A stretch of 63,947 nt of DNA, counting the filler. It is 12 parts of 12 records of this genome, joined end to end, with 100 filler letters (N's around TTAATTAATTAA, not from the genome) between each part and the next. Parts side by side here need not be neighbours in the genome. Positions count along the whole stretch, not along the records: positions 1 to 6,590 come from SRR15195285_2078; positions 6,691 to 13,204 come from SRR15195285_2079; 10 more parts are not named here. The stretch is one strand, 5' to 3'. The position numbers and the translations under genes were made by a program. Within the stretch, counting starts at the first letter, position 1; each line of letters begins with the position of its first letter. Below are positions 1 to 11,100 of this stretch, in pieces. Under the pieces are notes generated by a model, which made no database searches, was not told the DNA's origin, and worked only from the letters and a program-made list of their open reading frames with translations.

Positions 1-15
1 GACCTACAAGATACT

Positions 16-2580
16 GTGACGACGGACCGCAGGTCGAAGGTATATTATTCCGTAGGTGAGGAGCGCACAATCATTTCCAGAGAACGACCCCGGCGGAAAC
101 TCAATGCACAGATTTCACGGCTTCTTCTCACGCTTCTCGCGGGCTCCCCAGATCCGCAGGTCATCCAAGCAATCGCTGGGTCTCTGAACTGGTCACTGAT
201 GTCGCGACATCTCCGAACGTTGAAAATCATCATGGTGGAAGGATTTGTACCAGATGAGGTCGATCGTGCGACTGAGGTGCCCCAGAGGGGGAAACACAGG
301 GTTCGAGAGTTCGTAGATAGGGACGGCAAACCAGTTCATCGGTTGGAAAAAGATGCGAGATCAGCTACCTGGATAAAAGAAGAAGCCTTCAAGTTCATCA
401 CCATTGTCCAAAAGTGTTACCAAGGCGCGGCTAACACAGACCTGGAGATATTGTTGGATCCTGTGATGGACCAAACAGCGTTGGTAGCGTTCTTTCAGGA
501 GAGGCTTGGCGAAGTTGAGGTCGTGCGTGATAACAGCCTGGAGCGTCTTTTCTTCTGGATGCCTGACAACTACCTGGACAAAGATCAACGCCAACGTGCA
601 GAGCGAAGTCTTGCCATGTTCATGAATACCATTGATAGGGGTGATGACGAGGTGAAGCTGCGGCAATTTATCGACGCTTGTGTAGAGGTAGTTTCGACGA
701 TTGATCAAGAAGAACGGATGGCCAGTGACTGGCTGGTACGCCTCAACTGGGCGGTCAACTACTGGCTTCCAGGCAATGCCGTCATGTTCCTGTCGTTGCA
801 AATTGTGCTCATTTGCGTCGTTGCCTTCGATCATACCATCTATAGCGAACTCAGCCCGTGGGACGAAAAAGAAAAGTTCAATCTAGTGACCCATTATGTA
901 CCCTTTTACGGGCGACTGTGGGATGAAAATGACCTACCAGCAGGGCTGAATGCAACGGACTGCTATCCAGTTGATGACGACGGGCGCGGCCCATGGTTTC
1001 CGCCTATCTCAGAGTGCCAGTGGCCATACATAGCGTGGTATGCGGTCGCGTTCGTCGCGCTTGTGCACCTCATTGTTTGTGGCCTCGCGTTCTATACCTT
1101 CTTGGAAGTTCGTGTCCCTGTGCTGTTAGAACAAAGTGATCGAAACGCAAGGCTGAGCCATCTAAACCGAGACTCTCACCATGCTCGCGCCGACCGCATC
1201 CATTTTCTATCCTGCACGGTGCATGCGTACGGCTTTGCAGCGGACCTGGCCGACCCCAAACTCCTCAAATTGGCCTTCGGTACATTCGGAGTTGTTTCCG
1301 TAGTACGCGCCATCAGGGTTAAAGGTGGGAACAACAGCTGGGCAATGGTGACATTCTCCGATCCAAAGGCGGTGGACTTACTGAATGCTGCCTTAGAACA
1401 AAAAGCAGACGTGAAAGACAGCGAAAAATGGATTGAGATCGATATCCGGGTCAGAAACGGTCAAGACAAGGATCGAATTTTTATTCGTGACATCACACCG
1501 GACTATATCGAGGAGTCAATTACGCTGAAGCATCTTGTGGCAGATGCTGAGTTCGAGATGTTGTCACGTGGCGACGAAGACGTGCTGTACCATCTCGCTA
1601 CGGCGGTGCAGCAAGTGCTTAACGTATCGCTCGGCAGCATCGGCCGGAAGATTCCGCTGCAAGCGATGGTCATTCTACGGAGGAACACGGAACTGTACTC
1701 TTCGATTGCAGATATCGTCTTCTCGGTAGCTGGGTTCTGGTGGTCTCCGTTGCTTTTCAGCTACCACCTGGGCAAGCTCACAGTGGCTACTCCAAGTGCA
1801 CAGATCGTCGTCCAGTCCATTACGACCAACTGGGGCCGGCTCCTGACTACAATACTCTTGTCCATGTTGGCTCTGTATCTGTTTGCCGTGATGGGGATAC
1901 TTCTCTTTGTAACGGAGCATCAGACAGACGGGAGAGAAACCGGCAATGATGGTGGCCCGTGTGCCAATTTGCTGACGTGCACAATATCCTATACCTTCTC
2001 TGGTTTGATGCAAGAAGGTGTCGGGAGATGGCTGAAGGCCCCCACATTACCAGAACGCCCAGGCGAGCTGTGGGATTTGAAGAGCGGAAGGATTATGTGG
2101 GAGGTCAGCTTCATGTTGGCCACGTCATGTGCTGTCATTGCAATCATCACGGGTATCATCTGCGACACGTTTGGTGAGCTCCGCATGCAGCAGGATGAGG
2201 CAGCAGCCTATCGCACCTCAACATGCTTCATAACTGGAATCAGCTACGCGCACGTCCAGCAGGAGAAAAGCACGCATTTTCTCCAGTACATGTACCTATT
2301 GCTGTACCTGCGACGGATTGAAAATTCCGAGCTGATGCCTCTTGAGCTGATGGTAAGACATCAGGTCCAGCGCGGCGATGTGCGTTGGTTGCCAAACCAA
2401 CGTTGCCTAACCCTCGAGAGCATGGAGGAGGGCAGCGCAAAGCTCGAGAACAGCGTGCAGGAGATGCAAGGGGCGATCAAGGAAGTACAGTCGAAGCTGA
2501 GCGAGATAGAGATGGGGCAGAGCGATCTCCGTGCGGTCCTGAGCGAAATCCGTGGCGACGGTGGCCAAGAACATGCTTAA
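16..2580 (+). CDS. IP3 receptor / ryanodine receptor family Ca2+-release channel, C-terminal part (5' truncated by window start)
   Basis: Motifs GEVEVVRDNSLERLFF (cf. IP3R IEIVRxDRxMEQIVF), several TM segments, CANLLTC luminal motif, pore region GLMQEGVG, inner helix IITGIICDTFGELR (cf. LIFGVIIDTFADLR), CFITG, W-LP and a C-terminal coiled coil. Confidence 0.85.
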   Translation: MTTDRRSKVYYSVGEERTIISRERPRRKLNAQISRLLLTLLAGSPDPQVIQAIAGSLNWSLMSRHLRTLKIIMVEGFVPDEVDRATEVPQRGKHRVREFVDRDGKPVHRLEKDARSATWIKEEAFKFITIVQKCYQGAANTDLEILLDPVMDQTALVAFFQERLGEVEVVRDNSLERLFFWMPDNYLDKDQRQRAERSLAMFMNTIDRGDDEVKLRQFIDACVEVVSTIDQEERMASDWLVRLNWAVNYWLPGNAVMFLSLQIVLICVVAFDHTIYSELSPWDEKEKFNLVTHYVPFYGRLWDENDLPAGLNATDCYPVDDDGRGPWFPPISECQWPYIAWYAVAFVALVHLIVCGLAFYTFLEVRVPVLLEQSDRNARLSHLNRDSHHARADRIHFLSCTVHAYGFAADLADPKLLKLAFGTFGVVSVVRAIRVKGGNNSWAMVTFSDPKAVDLLNAALEQKADVKDSEKWIEIDIRVRNGQDKDRIFIRDITPDYIEESITLKHLVADAEFEMLSRGDEDVLYHLATAVQQVLNVSLGSIGRKIPLQAMVILRRNTELYSSIADIVFSVAGFWWSPLLFSYHLGKLTVATPSAQIVVQSITTNWGRLLTTILLSMLALYLFAVMGILLFVTEHQTDGRETGNDGGPCANLLTCTISYTFSGLMQEGVGRWLKAPTLPERPGELWDLKSGRIMWEVSFMLATSCAVIAIITGIICDTFGELRMQQDEAAAYRTSTCFITGISYAHVQQEKSTHFLQYMYLLLYLRRIENSELMPLELMVRHQVQRGDVRWLPNQRCLTLESMEEGSAKLENSVQEMQGAIKEVQSKLSEIEMGQSDLRAVLSEIRGDGGQEHA

Positions 2581-2671
2581 GTCACCCGCGAGTGTACGCT
2601 CTTAAGCTAGAGTGCGGAACGATGAATCACGAATTCGTTTGCAAGTTTGCATTTTGTGGCTAGCGATATTG

Positions 2672-2728
2672 CACGCTGCGTGTGCTGCGTGTGCTGCTGT
2701 TGCTGTTGCTGCTCCTGCTGCTGCTGCG
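2672..2728. repeat. (GCT/GCGTGT)n low-complexity microsatellite at the SEC31 3' end
   Basis: gctgcgtgtgctgcgtgtgctgctgttgctgttgctgctcctgctgctgctgcg is seen directly. Confidence 0.7.
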
Positions 2729-5700
2729 CTATCGCGGTGCACTTGTCTTCGCGGTATCCATGAGCCGCTTGATCGCAATGATCCAAGTCGAGTTTTCTTC
2801 CCAGTCGTGAGTCGTCAACGCAACCTGCAGTTCGCCAGCGGTGTTAAAGTCGTTCGCATCCAGCGCTGCGCAGACCACCACGCCGAGGCACCCACCCGTC
2901 AGACCAGCAAGACACACATTCGCCCGGGGGCACTGCTGGGGGCAACGTGAATCACGTGCAAGACTCGCGCGGTAGGGCGAAGGGGCGCGGCGAGCAAGGC
3001 GCGTCGTTCACCTGCGCAAAGCTGGAGCAACTTGTCACACGCCTGGCCGCTAATGCCACCCTGGTTCAGCCGTTCGAACAGTCCTCCGATCCGCTTGTTG
3101 ACCTGCCCGCACAGTACAGCCGACGTTCAGTCTTCGTGCAATCGATACGTTTGGATAGTAATCTGGCCGTGCCAGCTGGACAACGCAGTCTCACATCTTC
3201 CAATTTCCGCTTGTTGACCGCCGACGTGGCGGCTGCTGCCGACTGTTTGTAAATTCTCGTCAGCGAAGCAATCACCGGCTACGAAACCGTCACACCGTGG
3301 CAACCATCCAAGCATGCACTAATCAGTCTTGGCCAAGGCTGCTGACAAACCCAGTACCAGGTCCGTATGCACCCGGCCGTCGTGTAGAGAGCTGGACATA
3401 CCTGAACAGATGCTGGTACGTTCGATGTATCAGCAGTCTCCACCGTCGCTTTCGACTGGGTTTTCTGGATTCCCTGCGCCCCCGGCTGTCCAACCACCGC
3501 ACTAGGCATGACGTTAACTCCCTGCAGATGACAGATGCAGACCCAGCAAAAACGATAGACCACCAGAAGGTGAGGACAAGCAGACTGTGTAGCGCAAGAA
3601 CTAGTGGCTGCGCGCATTCTTACCGCCCCGGTGCCAAACGTTGTCCCCGTCTGTTTGTGGGCCTCAAACTGGTTCTGCCACTGCTCAGTACCCTGAGACA
3701 CGTACTTGCCACCGCCTGGAACTGGCATGCGCTCGACCGTCTGTGCTTGTGCCGGTGGCGCAGCAGCAGGTGCCGGAACTCCAGGCTGGAAGACAGTAGG
3801 CGGACCTGCAGCCGCGGCAGGTGGCGCCATTCCAGCCGTCGGCGGCCCAGTCGACGGGGCACCGCCCCCATGATCGAATGTCTGGAACGGCGGCGGAGCG
3901 GGAGCTGGCGCAGGGGCCGGCATAGCCGGCATAGCCGGCATAGCTTGCATAGGGGCCGGAACCGCTGGTGGAGCAGCGTGGCTGCCGCCTCCATGGTTGA
4001 ATGTCTGGAATGGTGGCGGAGCTGGTGCCGGCGCTGGGGCTGGTGCCTGAAAGGTTTGGTAGTTGCTAGGCGGCGCCGGGGCTGGAGCAGCCGGCGGGTA
4101 TCCTGAATATCCGCTCGTTGCCTGGTATTGGGGCTGCGGCGCTGGCGCATTCGGCCAGAATGTGTCCTGTGACGGCGTGTACGGTGTCGGTGCTGTGTTT
4201 GCTGGCTGACCCGCACCGATCGCTGATGATGCGTACGGCGACGGCGGGACCGCCACACCCATGGCGGCCCCTGCGCCGTTATGGTATAGCCTGTCCACCA
4301 GAATTGCCGTAGAATCACTCGTGACGCCGCCACCCGCCGCCTTCTGCATGTATTTCATCGCTATGTCGACACGGCCTTGTGCAGCGAGCGTCTCAGCATA
4401 CTCACAGTATCTCTGCGCCGTGCGCTGGTCTACGCTCTCCAGGCCAGTTGACTTCTGGAAGACGCAAACCTTTTCGATCAGGTCCTGTAGTTCGCCCGTG
4501 CCAGAAGGCAGGTTTGCAGCCCACGCAGCACAAGCTTTCTCGACGCTGCCAGCGCACACGTAGCAAATGTTGGCGCCACGGGTATCCCCGGCTCGATCCA
4601 GGCGTGATCCAAGTTCCTCAGCTAGGGTAGATATCTGCGCTTGATCGGCAAACGTCAAAAGGATGGCAAGTGTCTCTTGCCAGGTACTAAGGTCAGCCCT
4701 GTCCACTACTGTGTCAAGGCGCCGGTCCTTGATGGATGCCACCGTCTTCATGAACGGTTCTTTGTGCACGGCCAGGAAGCGGTCGCGCGTCTTCTGCCAG
4801 AGTGCTTCAGACTTGCTGGCTGCTAACACCAGCGCGTCAGCGGTGCGGCCTGCGCGTAGGCAGCACTCCACAGCTGTCTCGTAATCGCCCACGATCAGAG
4901 CTCGTTTGATACTGCCACCGTCGGGAGCCGACTCCCAGGAGTCGCTGGGGACCACGTCGGCAGGGGCTGTTTCTCCGGCCATCTGCTCTGCGCGCGTCTC
5001 CCGAGCTGCTGCAGCCTCATCTTGTGCAGCCAGGCTAGTGTCGTCTTGCTCTGCAGTAGCAGCAAGCGAGCCAAACAGGTCCTCTGCACTTTGCTCAGGT
5101 GCACCAGTGGGTGCTGCTGGCGGCGCCTCCGGTGGGGGAGGCGGTGGGGGAGGCGTATCGTCAACTGTCTTTTCCGGAGGCTTGAAGCCGATAAATTTCA
5201 GCATCTCGGTGCGTGGCTCGTCTACGAACCACAGCTTCAGTAAATTCCACGTGTCCTGGTCCATTCCCGGGGGCACCGCCGAAAGCTTCTGGTCACAAAA
5301 GCTCAGCATCGACGCGCGATAGTCTTGATTCGAGAGCGCTTGCTCGAGCGAATCTGCCTTCGCAATCAAGCCAGTATCTGTCACAATTTTCGTGATCTTG
5401 ACCTGACCTGTGCCCTTCCCGAACGAGCACAGCTGCCCACCAAAGCCAAACGTTGCACCGGCTGGTCGTTTGAGCCACTTCGGGGCCCGCTTCGAGACTG
5501 GCGCAGCCGCAGGTGCTTGCTGCTGGTTGCCAAGAAAATCGCTGGCGCTCGGCTCTGGGGCTGTCGGTGCGCATGTTCCGTCTTGCAGCGAGTGGATGCT
5601 GACCTTACCGTCATGAGCACAGCCTGACACAATAGCGGGCAAACCGGGCGACCACTGAACGTCGAAGCTCGGCGCGCCAACGGAACTCGGCAATTCGGAG

Positions 5701-6548
5701 AGCACCTCGCCGGTGTTGGGGTCCCAGAGTATGTTCCTGGCGTCCTTGCCACACGAGAGCAGCATGTCCGGGTCGAGGGGGCACCACGACATCGAGAGCA
5801 CGCCCTTGCTGTGGCCGCTCAGCTCCTTCAGCGGCTGGAAAGCCTTACGTAGATCCCAGAGTTGCAGCACCGGGCAGTTGTCGTCCTCGGACGCTACCAT
5901 GAGCTTGGTGGCATCCTCAGGGTTCCATGCCACCGACGAGCAGCGCGAGATGCGCCGGTTTGTGTCCGAGATGGCGATGACGGGGCGCTTGACTTTGAGG
6001 TCCCACACGACCGTGACGCCGTCATACGCCGTCGTCGCTAAGATGTGCTGGAAGTTGCAGTTCCACGCCAAGTGGCTGACGTCGTCAGCCTGCTTGCTAC
6101 GCGCCTCCGGCTTGAACACCGAGGGCGAGCTCGCGTTGGTCAGGTCCCAGATGGCAAGCTCGGCCCTGACCGAGCCGGTAGCAAGCAAATGCGTCGAGTG
6201 AGGGTTGAACTGGCAGCCCTTGACCGGCCCCGCGTGGTGCTGTCGGTCCTGCAGTACGGCCGCGCCCGCGCCCGCGCCCGCCATGATCTTCTCGGCGTCC
6301 CAGACCGCGACCGTACCGTCCACCAGTCCTCCCGCGATCAAGCCGCCGGAGAACTGCCCATCCGCAACACCTTTTGTGCCCCATGACAGCCGCTCGACCC
6401 GATCATCGATGGGCACGCTACCCATCGTCGCCATGCCCTGCCCACCCGCCGACAGATCCACAGCGAAGATATCCAACTGCTCCCACGCAACAAGAACCTT
6501 CAGCAGCAGACCACTCGAGCGCACCGACGGCGCCGAGAAGGCAACCAA
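2729..6548 (-). CDS. SEC31: COPII coat protein SEC31 (multi-exon, 5' truncated)
   Basis: WD40 repeats, the APKWLKRPAGATFGFGG signature, an ACE1 helical region and a Pro-rich linker. GT-AG introns join C-terminal exons PVIASL...KRKLED / VNKRIGGLFERLN...LLQLC / ALDANDF...WIIAIKRL ending at TAG 2729. Confidence 0.95.
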
Positions 6549-6549
6549 A

Positions 6550-6590
6550 CAAGACAGACAGACGGACGGACGGACAGACGGACGGACGGA
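6550..6590. repeat. (GACA/GACG)n microsatellite at contig end
   Basis: agacagacagacggacggacggacagacggacggacgga. Confidence 0.85.
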
Positions 6591-6690
6591 NNNNNNNNNN
6601 NNNNNNNNNNNNNNNNNNNNNNNNNNNNNNNNNNTTAATTAATTAANNNNNNNNNNNNNNNNNNNNNNNNNNNNNNNNNNNNNNNNNNNN
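6591..6690. other. Artificial contig linker N45-TTAATTAATTAA-N43 (also at 13205-13304, 17569-17668, 24712-24811, 28590-28689, 33098-33197, 40072-40171, 43680-43779, 47246-47345, 54358-54457, 59605-59704)
   Basis: The identical 100-nt spacer, with stops in all six frames, occurs 11 times. Confidence 0.99.
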
Positions 6691-6785
6691 GGGTCAACCT
6701 AAGACTACTAACATCAACCCCAACTCCACCTCGACCTTCGAAGAGTTACGATGCGCTCCGTATGGAGCCGCCCAAGCTCGCGCCT

Positions 6786-8111
6786 CTACAACCGTGGAGC
6801 GAGCATTGTTGTCGCCAAGCCGACCATCTCCGACTGGTGCAAGAACGTGTACGACTGGTCCGGCGTCTCCTCAGAACGCCATCTCCCATGCGCAGCACGC
6901 AGGATGGAGCTAACCCCCGCTGCCGCCGCCGCCGAGTTGCCACCCCGTCGCAACGCGATTGCTGACAAGCGCTTCGGATCGATTGACGCATCAATAAGCC
7001 CCTCACGCTGGCCCGCCGCGAATAATCCCCGCAGTTCAGCCGTCAATGTCCCCTTGCCAATAGCGCTGCGGGATACGCGCACTTCCCTCGCCGCCAGCCG
7101 AGGGAAAAGAGGGCCACATGCCACGCAACGAGTTCTGGGGTCCGTAGCCTTGCTGCATTGACCTGAGACCCGCAGCCCTGACGCTTCAATCCAGTCCCAT
7201 ATCGTTGTTTCTACGCTCTGCGCGTCGCCACATGCCGCCCCAATGATCGACACCCTGCCTCGACCAACTGGATCGTTCTTGGCCTTACAGACCCGCACTT
7301 TCGTGCAAACTGGCTCTCTCCATACATCACATCGGTCGAGTCCGTCAACTTCTGACTTCCTTAAGTAAGCCATGAATCCAATGCATACCATCGCCTTTGC
7401 GCGAGCCAGCCGCAAACTCGACCATTCAGTCCCTTTTGGTGACCAAGCCCGTCGCAATTGCACAAAGGACTTGATGTGCTCCGGCGTCACTACCACCGGC
7501 TCGTCGACGCCGCGCACCCGCCCGGTTCTAGCTACGGCCTCCAGTAACGTGCGGATCTGGGGGCCGCCCGTAGCCGCCTGAAGTCCGTAGCTCGCGTGGA
7601 TAGCTGCCACCGCCGCCAAGCTTGTCGATATCGTCGAATCTGCGTATCGTTCGCTCAGCCAAGCCACCCACATCGTCACGATTGTCGGTGGAACAGGAAG
7701 TGGCACTTGCTGCCATTGCGATGCCCAATGCAGTTCAACGCAAAACTCAGCAAACACCCGCCACCAGTGTGTGTACGACCGCTTCGTGGACTCCGCCCGC
7801 GCTGCCGCTTGCAGCAAACGCGCCCGTTCTAGGAGCTGCGCCGCGTCAGGAACCGAGTTCAACGGCGTCCACGTGCTCGGATCGGACGTCTCCAGCACCC
7901 AGTCTTGTGGCACTGCCACTGGCACGCCACTCTGGGCCAACCCCACCTGTGCTGAAGCCCTTTTCCTACTCCAACTGTTGGTGTGGCGCGATACCGCCTG
8001 AGACGCCAGCGGGCCCGGCCCGTGGCTCGCGGTTGGCCCTTGTAGACTGAACAACGTGCTGGCCTCGCGCCTCAAGTCATTCCAAAAGCCGTCTTCCATG
8101 TCTCCTGACAT
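6786..8111 (-). CDS. Tyrosine recombinase (YR) of the DIRS-like element
   Basis: N-terminal core-binding region (STKRSY..WWRVF..FC; STISTSLAAVAAIH), YLRKSE (Arg), KAKNDPVGRG (Lys), IALRRGG (Arg), HGRWRS (Trp) and DQSY (Tyr). The ATG at 8111-8109 overlaps the pol TGA. Confidence 0.92.
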   Translation of the reverse strand: MSGDMEDGFWNDLRREASTLFSLQGPTASHGPGPLASQAVSRHTNSWSRKRASAQVGLAQSGVPVAVPQDWVLETSDPSTWTPLNSVPDAAQLLERARLLQAAARAESTKRSYTHWWRVFAEFCVELHWASQWQQVPLPVPPTIVTMWVAWLSERYADSTISTSLAAVAAIHASYGLQAATGGPQIRTLLEAVARTGRVRGVDEPVVVTPEHIKSFVQLRRAWSPKGTEWSSLRLARAKAMVCIGFMAYLRKSEVDGLDRCDVWREPVCTKVRVCKAKNDPVGRGRVSIIGAACGDAQSVETTIWDWIEASGLRVSGQCSKATDPRTRCVACGPLFPRLAAREVRVSRSAIGKGTLTAELRGLFAAGQREGLIDASIDPKRLSAIALRRGGNSAAAAAGVSSILRAAHGRWRSEETPDQSYTFLHQSEMVGLATTMLAPRL

Positions 8112-11100
8112 CACACAACACGCTCGGTCAAGCTAGATTCACTATGCCTCACAGCGCTGCCAACCCGACCCCGTGTTGACCAGGCTCGCATCTCCGCAGT
8201 TACCGTGAACACCCGTCGCTCTGGTCGCAAGTCAAACGAGACTCTACGTTGTGAGCTTGCCCGTTCACCTGCTCCGGTGAAGTCCAGTATCACTGCTGAC
8301 ATCGGCCATGCTGGTATCCGGCGCTGCGCTGCTGGGCTGCGAAACACCGCGTATGCCGGCCCCAATTGAATCGCCGCCAGTGAGAATTTTTCCACCGCTG
8401 CCATTGCAGGGCCGTGCCAGCGAGGTACAAGCACACATGCGCGGCTCCGCCGTTGACGCAAGTGCCCAATGTAGTCGGCGATGTGGTTGCCACCGGGGAA
8501 AACGATTGGGACCGACCTCTCGTCTGAGTTTTCACCGTATGCCGCTCCTGACACCACTTCCCGCGTGAAAATCATCTTCGGCTCGCCCCACTGTCGAACC
8601 CACAGTCGTAAATCAAGCGCAACTTTTCGGAACAACGTCCAATCACATGCCTGTGCCCACCGCTGACGGCTCAGTGCGTCTGTTCCTGACGCCTGCATGT
8701 GCACCCCTGACATCCACTGCACTTCGAGCCGCGCCCCCCGAGCCAGAAGCCACCGCCAGATGCGTTTCACCACCCCGTTGAACTGCAAACTGCCACTGCC
8801 ACCACTGTTGACCATCGCCTCGACCCCTTGATTATCGGAACCGTAGCCTATCACAGCTCCTCCCAGTGCCCCGTTTGATCCCTCCCGCAGCATTGCCGCT
8901 GCCTGACCTGGCGGCATGTCCAGAGCTGCCCGTGCTGTTGCGCCCTCGACGTGAGCCCGCACCACCCGGTCTGAGAAATCGACGCCCCGCCTGTCAAACG
9001 CCAACAGCGATTCTTCCAGACACATCAGCTCCCGCATCGACTGATCTTCACAGGCTTGCTGTGGCGGCCACGCATCGAACGACTCCTTCACCACGCCTGA
9101 CCCTCCATCGCTGCAAGACGCCCATGTCCCCCTGGCTCCCCAACCCTCCGGTCCTGCATCACCATCGATGCGCACCGTGCACGGGGTGCGATCCGGCAGC
9201 AATTTTCGCCCGAACGCGTTCCAACGCGACAACTCTCTTGCCCAGAAAACCAGCTCCTCCACGCATCCAGGCGACAATGCCAACTGGGCATCCCACTCGG
9301 CTGCCGTCTCGCACCGCACCAGTGCGTACGTCTCACGGCTCATGAGCCGCACGGGTTGAAGCGCACGACTGCAAGCCATCAGTTTCCCTGTGATTTTGGC
9401 GAGACGACGCGCCGTAGAGAACGAGCCCAGCGTCCTCTCCTCATTTTCCAACAGCGACAAGATCTCCGCTACTTTCCGGTTCGACACATGAATTCGCCCG
9501 CGCGTCAAGTCGATGACGTATCCGAGCCATTCAATCACCTTTACCGGCGTCAAGACACTCTTCTCGAAGTTCAGCGGTAGACCCAATCGTTTGCAATCGT
9601 TGACCACCCCCGTATAAACCTTGCCCTGATATTCACCACCGTGGAGCACCGCCTCCATTTCCCCATCCGTCTCCGTGAAAAAAATGCAGTCATCTAAATA
9701 CCATAGGCAATCGATTCCCTGTGACCTCCATCGCCGTGCCAAACAACGCATCGTTTTCGTATACACCCACGCTGAGAGCTTGTTCCCCATTGACAACGCC
9801 CGCCATGTCAACGTGACTTCAATGAACTCGTCACTCTCTCCTGCGATTGGAACCGCCGATAGCCCCGCCGCCACTCTATCGCCAGTTGGCAGCCACGACG
9901 GCCGCACCCGCGCGTAGAAGCACATAATCTTCGCAGGGCCGCAGAAAATAGCGTGATATCCGGATTTCATGTCCAACGAGGCCGCCCTACCGCCTCTCGT
10001 AGCAACCGCAGGCAAGTGGCGTAGCCCTTCGAAACGGCACCGTCGATCCGGCAGGCCTCGTTCGCGGTTCGGCGTTCGCCAATCGTGTATCACGCGGAAA
10101 TCGTTCTCTACTTTCTTCGGCACGCAGTCGATCGGTGTGACGAAAACTGGCTCCCCGTCATCGTCTCCCCACACCCGCACTGCCCGCGTCCGCAGCAGTT
10201 TCTTCACACCGTCGTCTAGGTGCTGCCGCGCTGCGCCCTTTACTGGCCGCGCAGGTTCGTCCACTGGCGTCAAGTCTGGCATTTTTACCTGAAACCCTGA
10301 AGGATGCTCAATCCATTTCGCCACCATCTCCGGCATCTCTGGGACCATCTGCCTCCACCTCGCCGCGCATTCCGCTGGGGTGTCGGCACCACAGGACGGG
10401 TCCGCACCATGTATCGCCCCTGCCACGAACGGCGGCGAGACCCGACAGCCTGGTGGGTTCTCATACTCATCAGGCTCCGGTGCCAACGACAGCTGCTCCC
10501 ACTCGCTGGGTGTTGGGAGATCAGCCAAGCCATGCAACGATGCCCGCTTGCCTCGTAGTGGCCGCAACCTGTCTTCGTACTCCTCTACCTCGTCTACCGA
10601 CCCTGAGCCCACCTCCGTGAGCCAGTCACCATCATACGCGGCCGGATCCGCGATATCAAAAAACGACCATTCCTCATCATCACCTTCACTGTCACTGCCC
10701 TCGTCCTCGCTGCCTTCGCTGTTACCTCTCTCAGCCGCCGTCTCCCCATTACCAGCTGCCTCCCAAATCGGCGGGTTCTGGCGGATGAACTGGTCCACCG
10801 ACTCGCACTGCTTATCGCAGGTAATCAGCTGGCCGAGCGTTCCGTCTTCAAACGCGTCAATTGCGTCCGCCGCTGATACCGCGCCTTGGCAAAAACGCTG
10901 AAAGTCCTGCACGTACGCAGGCGTCAAGCGGTCCGAGTATCGCTGTGTGCCGACCCGCGCCTGCTCCTCCACCAGTGCATCAGTCGTCACCGACGGCCTT
11001 TCCACCTCCATACCGCCCTCCACCTCTATATCTGTCACCATATCCGTTGTGTCTGCAACCACCCCTCGAGCCAGCTGCTCCTTATATCGCATCTCAACCT

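Noticed and set aside
3297-6642. Numerous short overlapping ORFs opposite SEC31 (and likewise opposite other long genes)
   Set aside because: These are shadow ORFs caused by high GC content, with no independent coding signal.
6591-6690. Regularly recurring TTAATTAATTAA flanked by N runs as a biological repeat
   Set aside because: It is a fixed 100-nt synthetic concatenation linker. ORFs running through it and gene neighbourhoods across it are artefacts.
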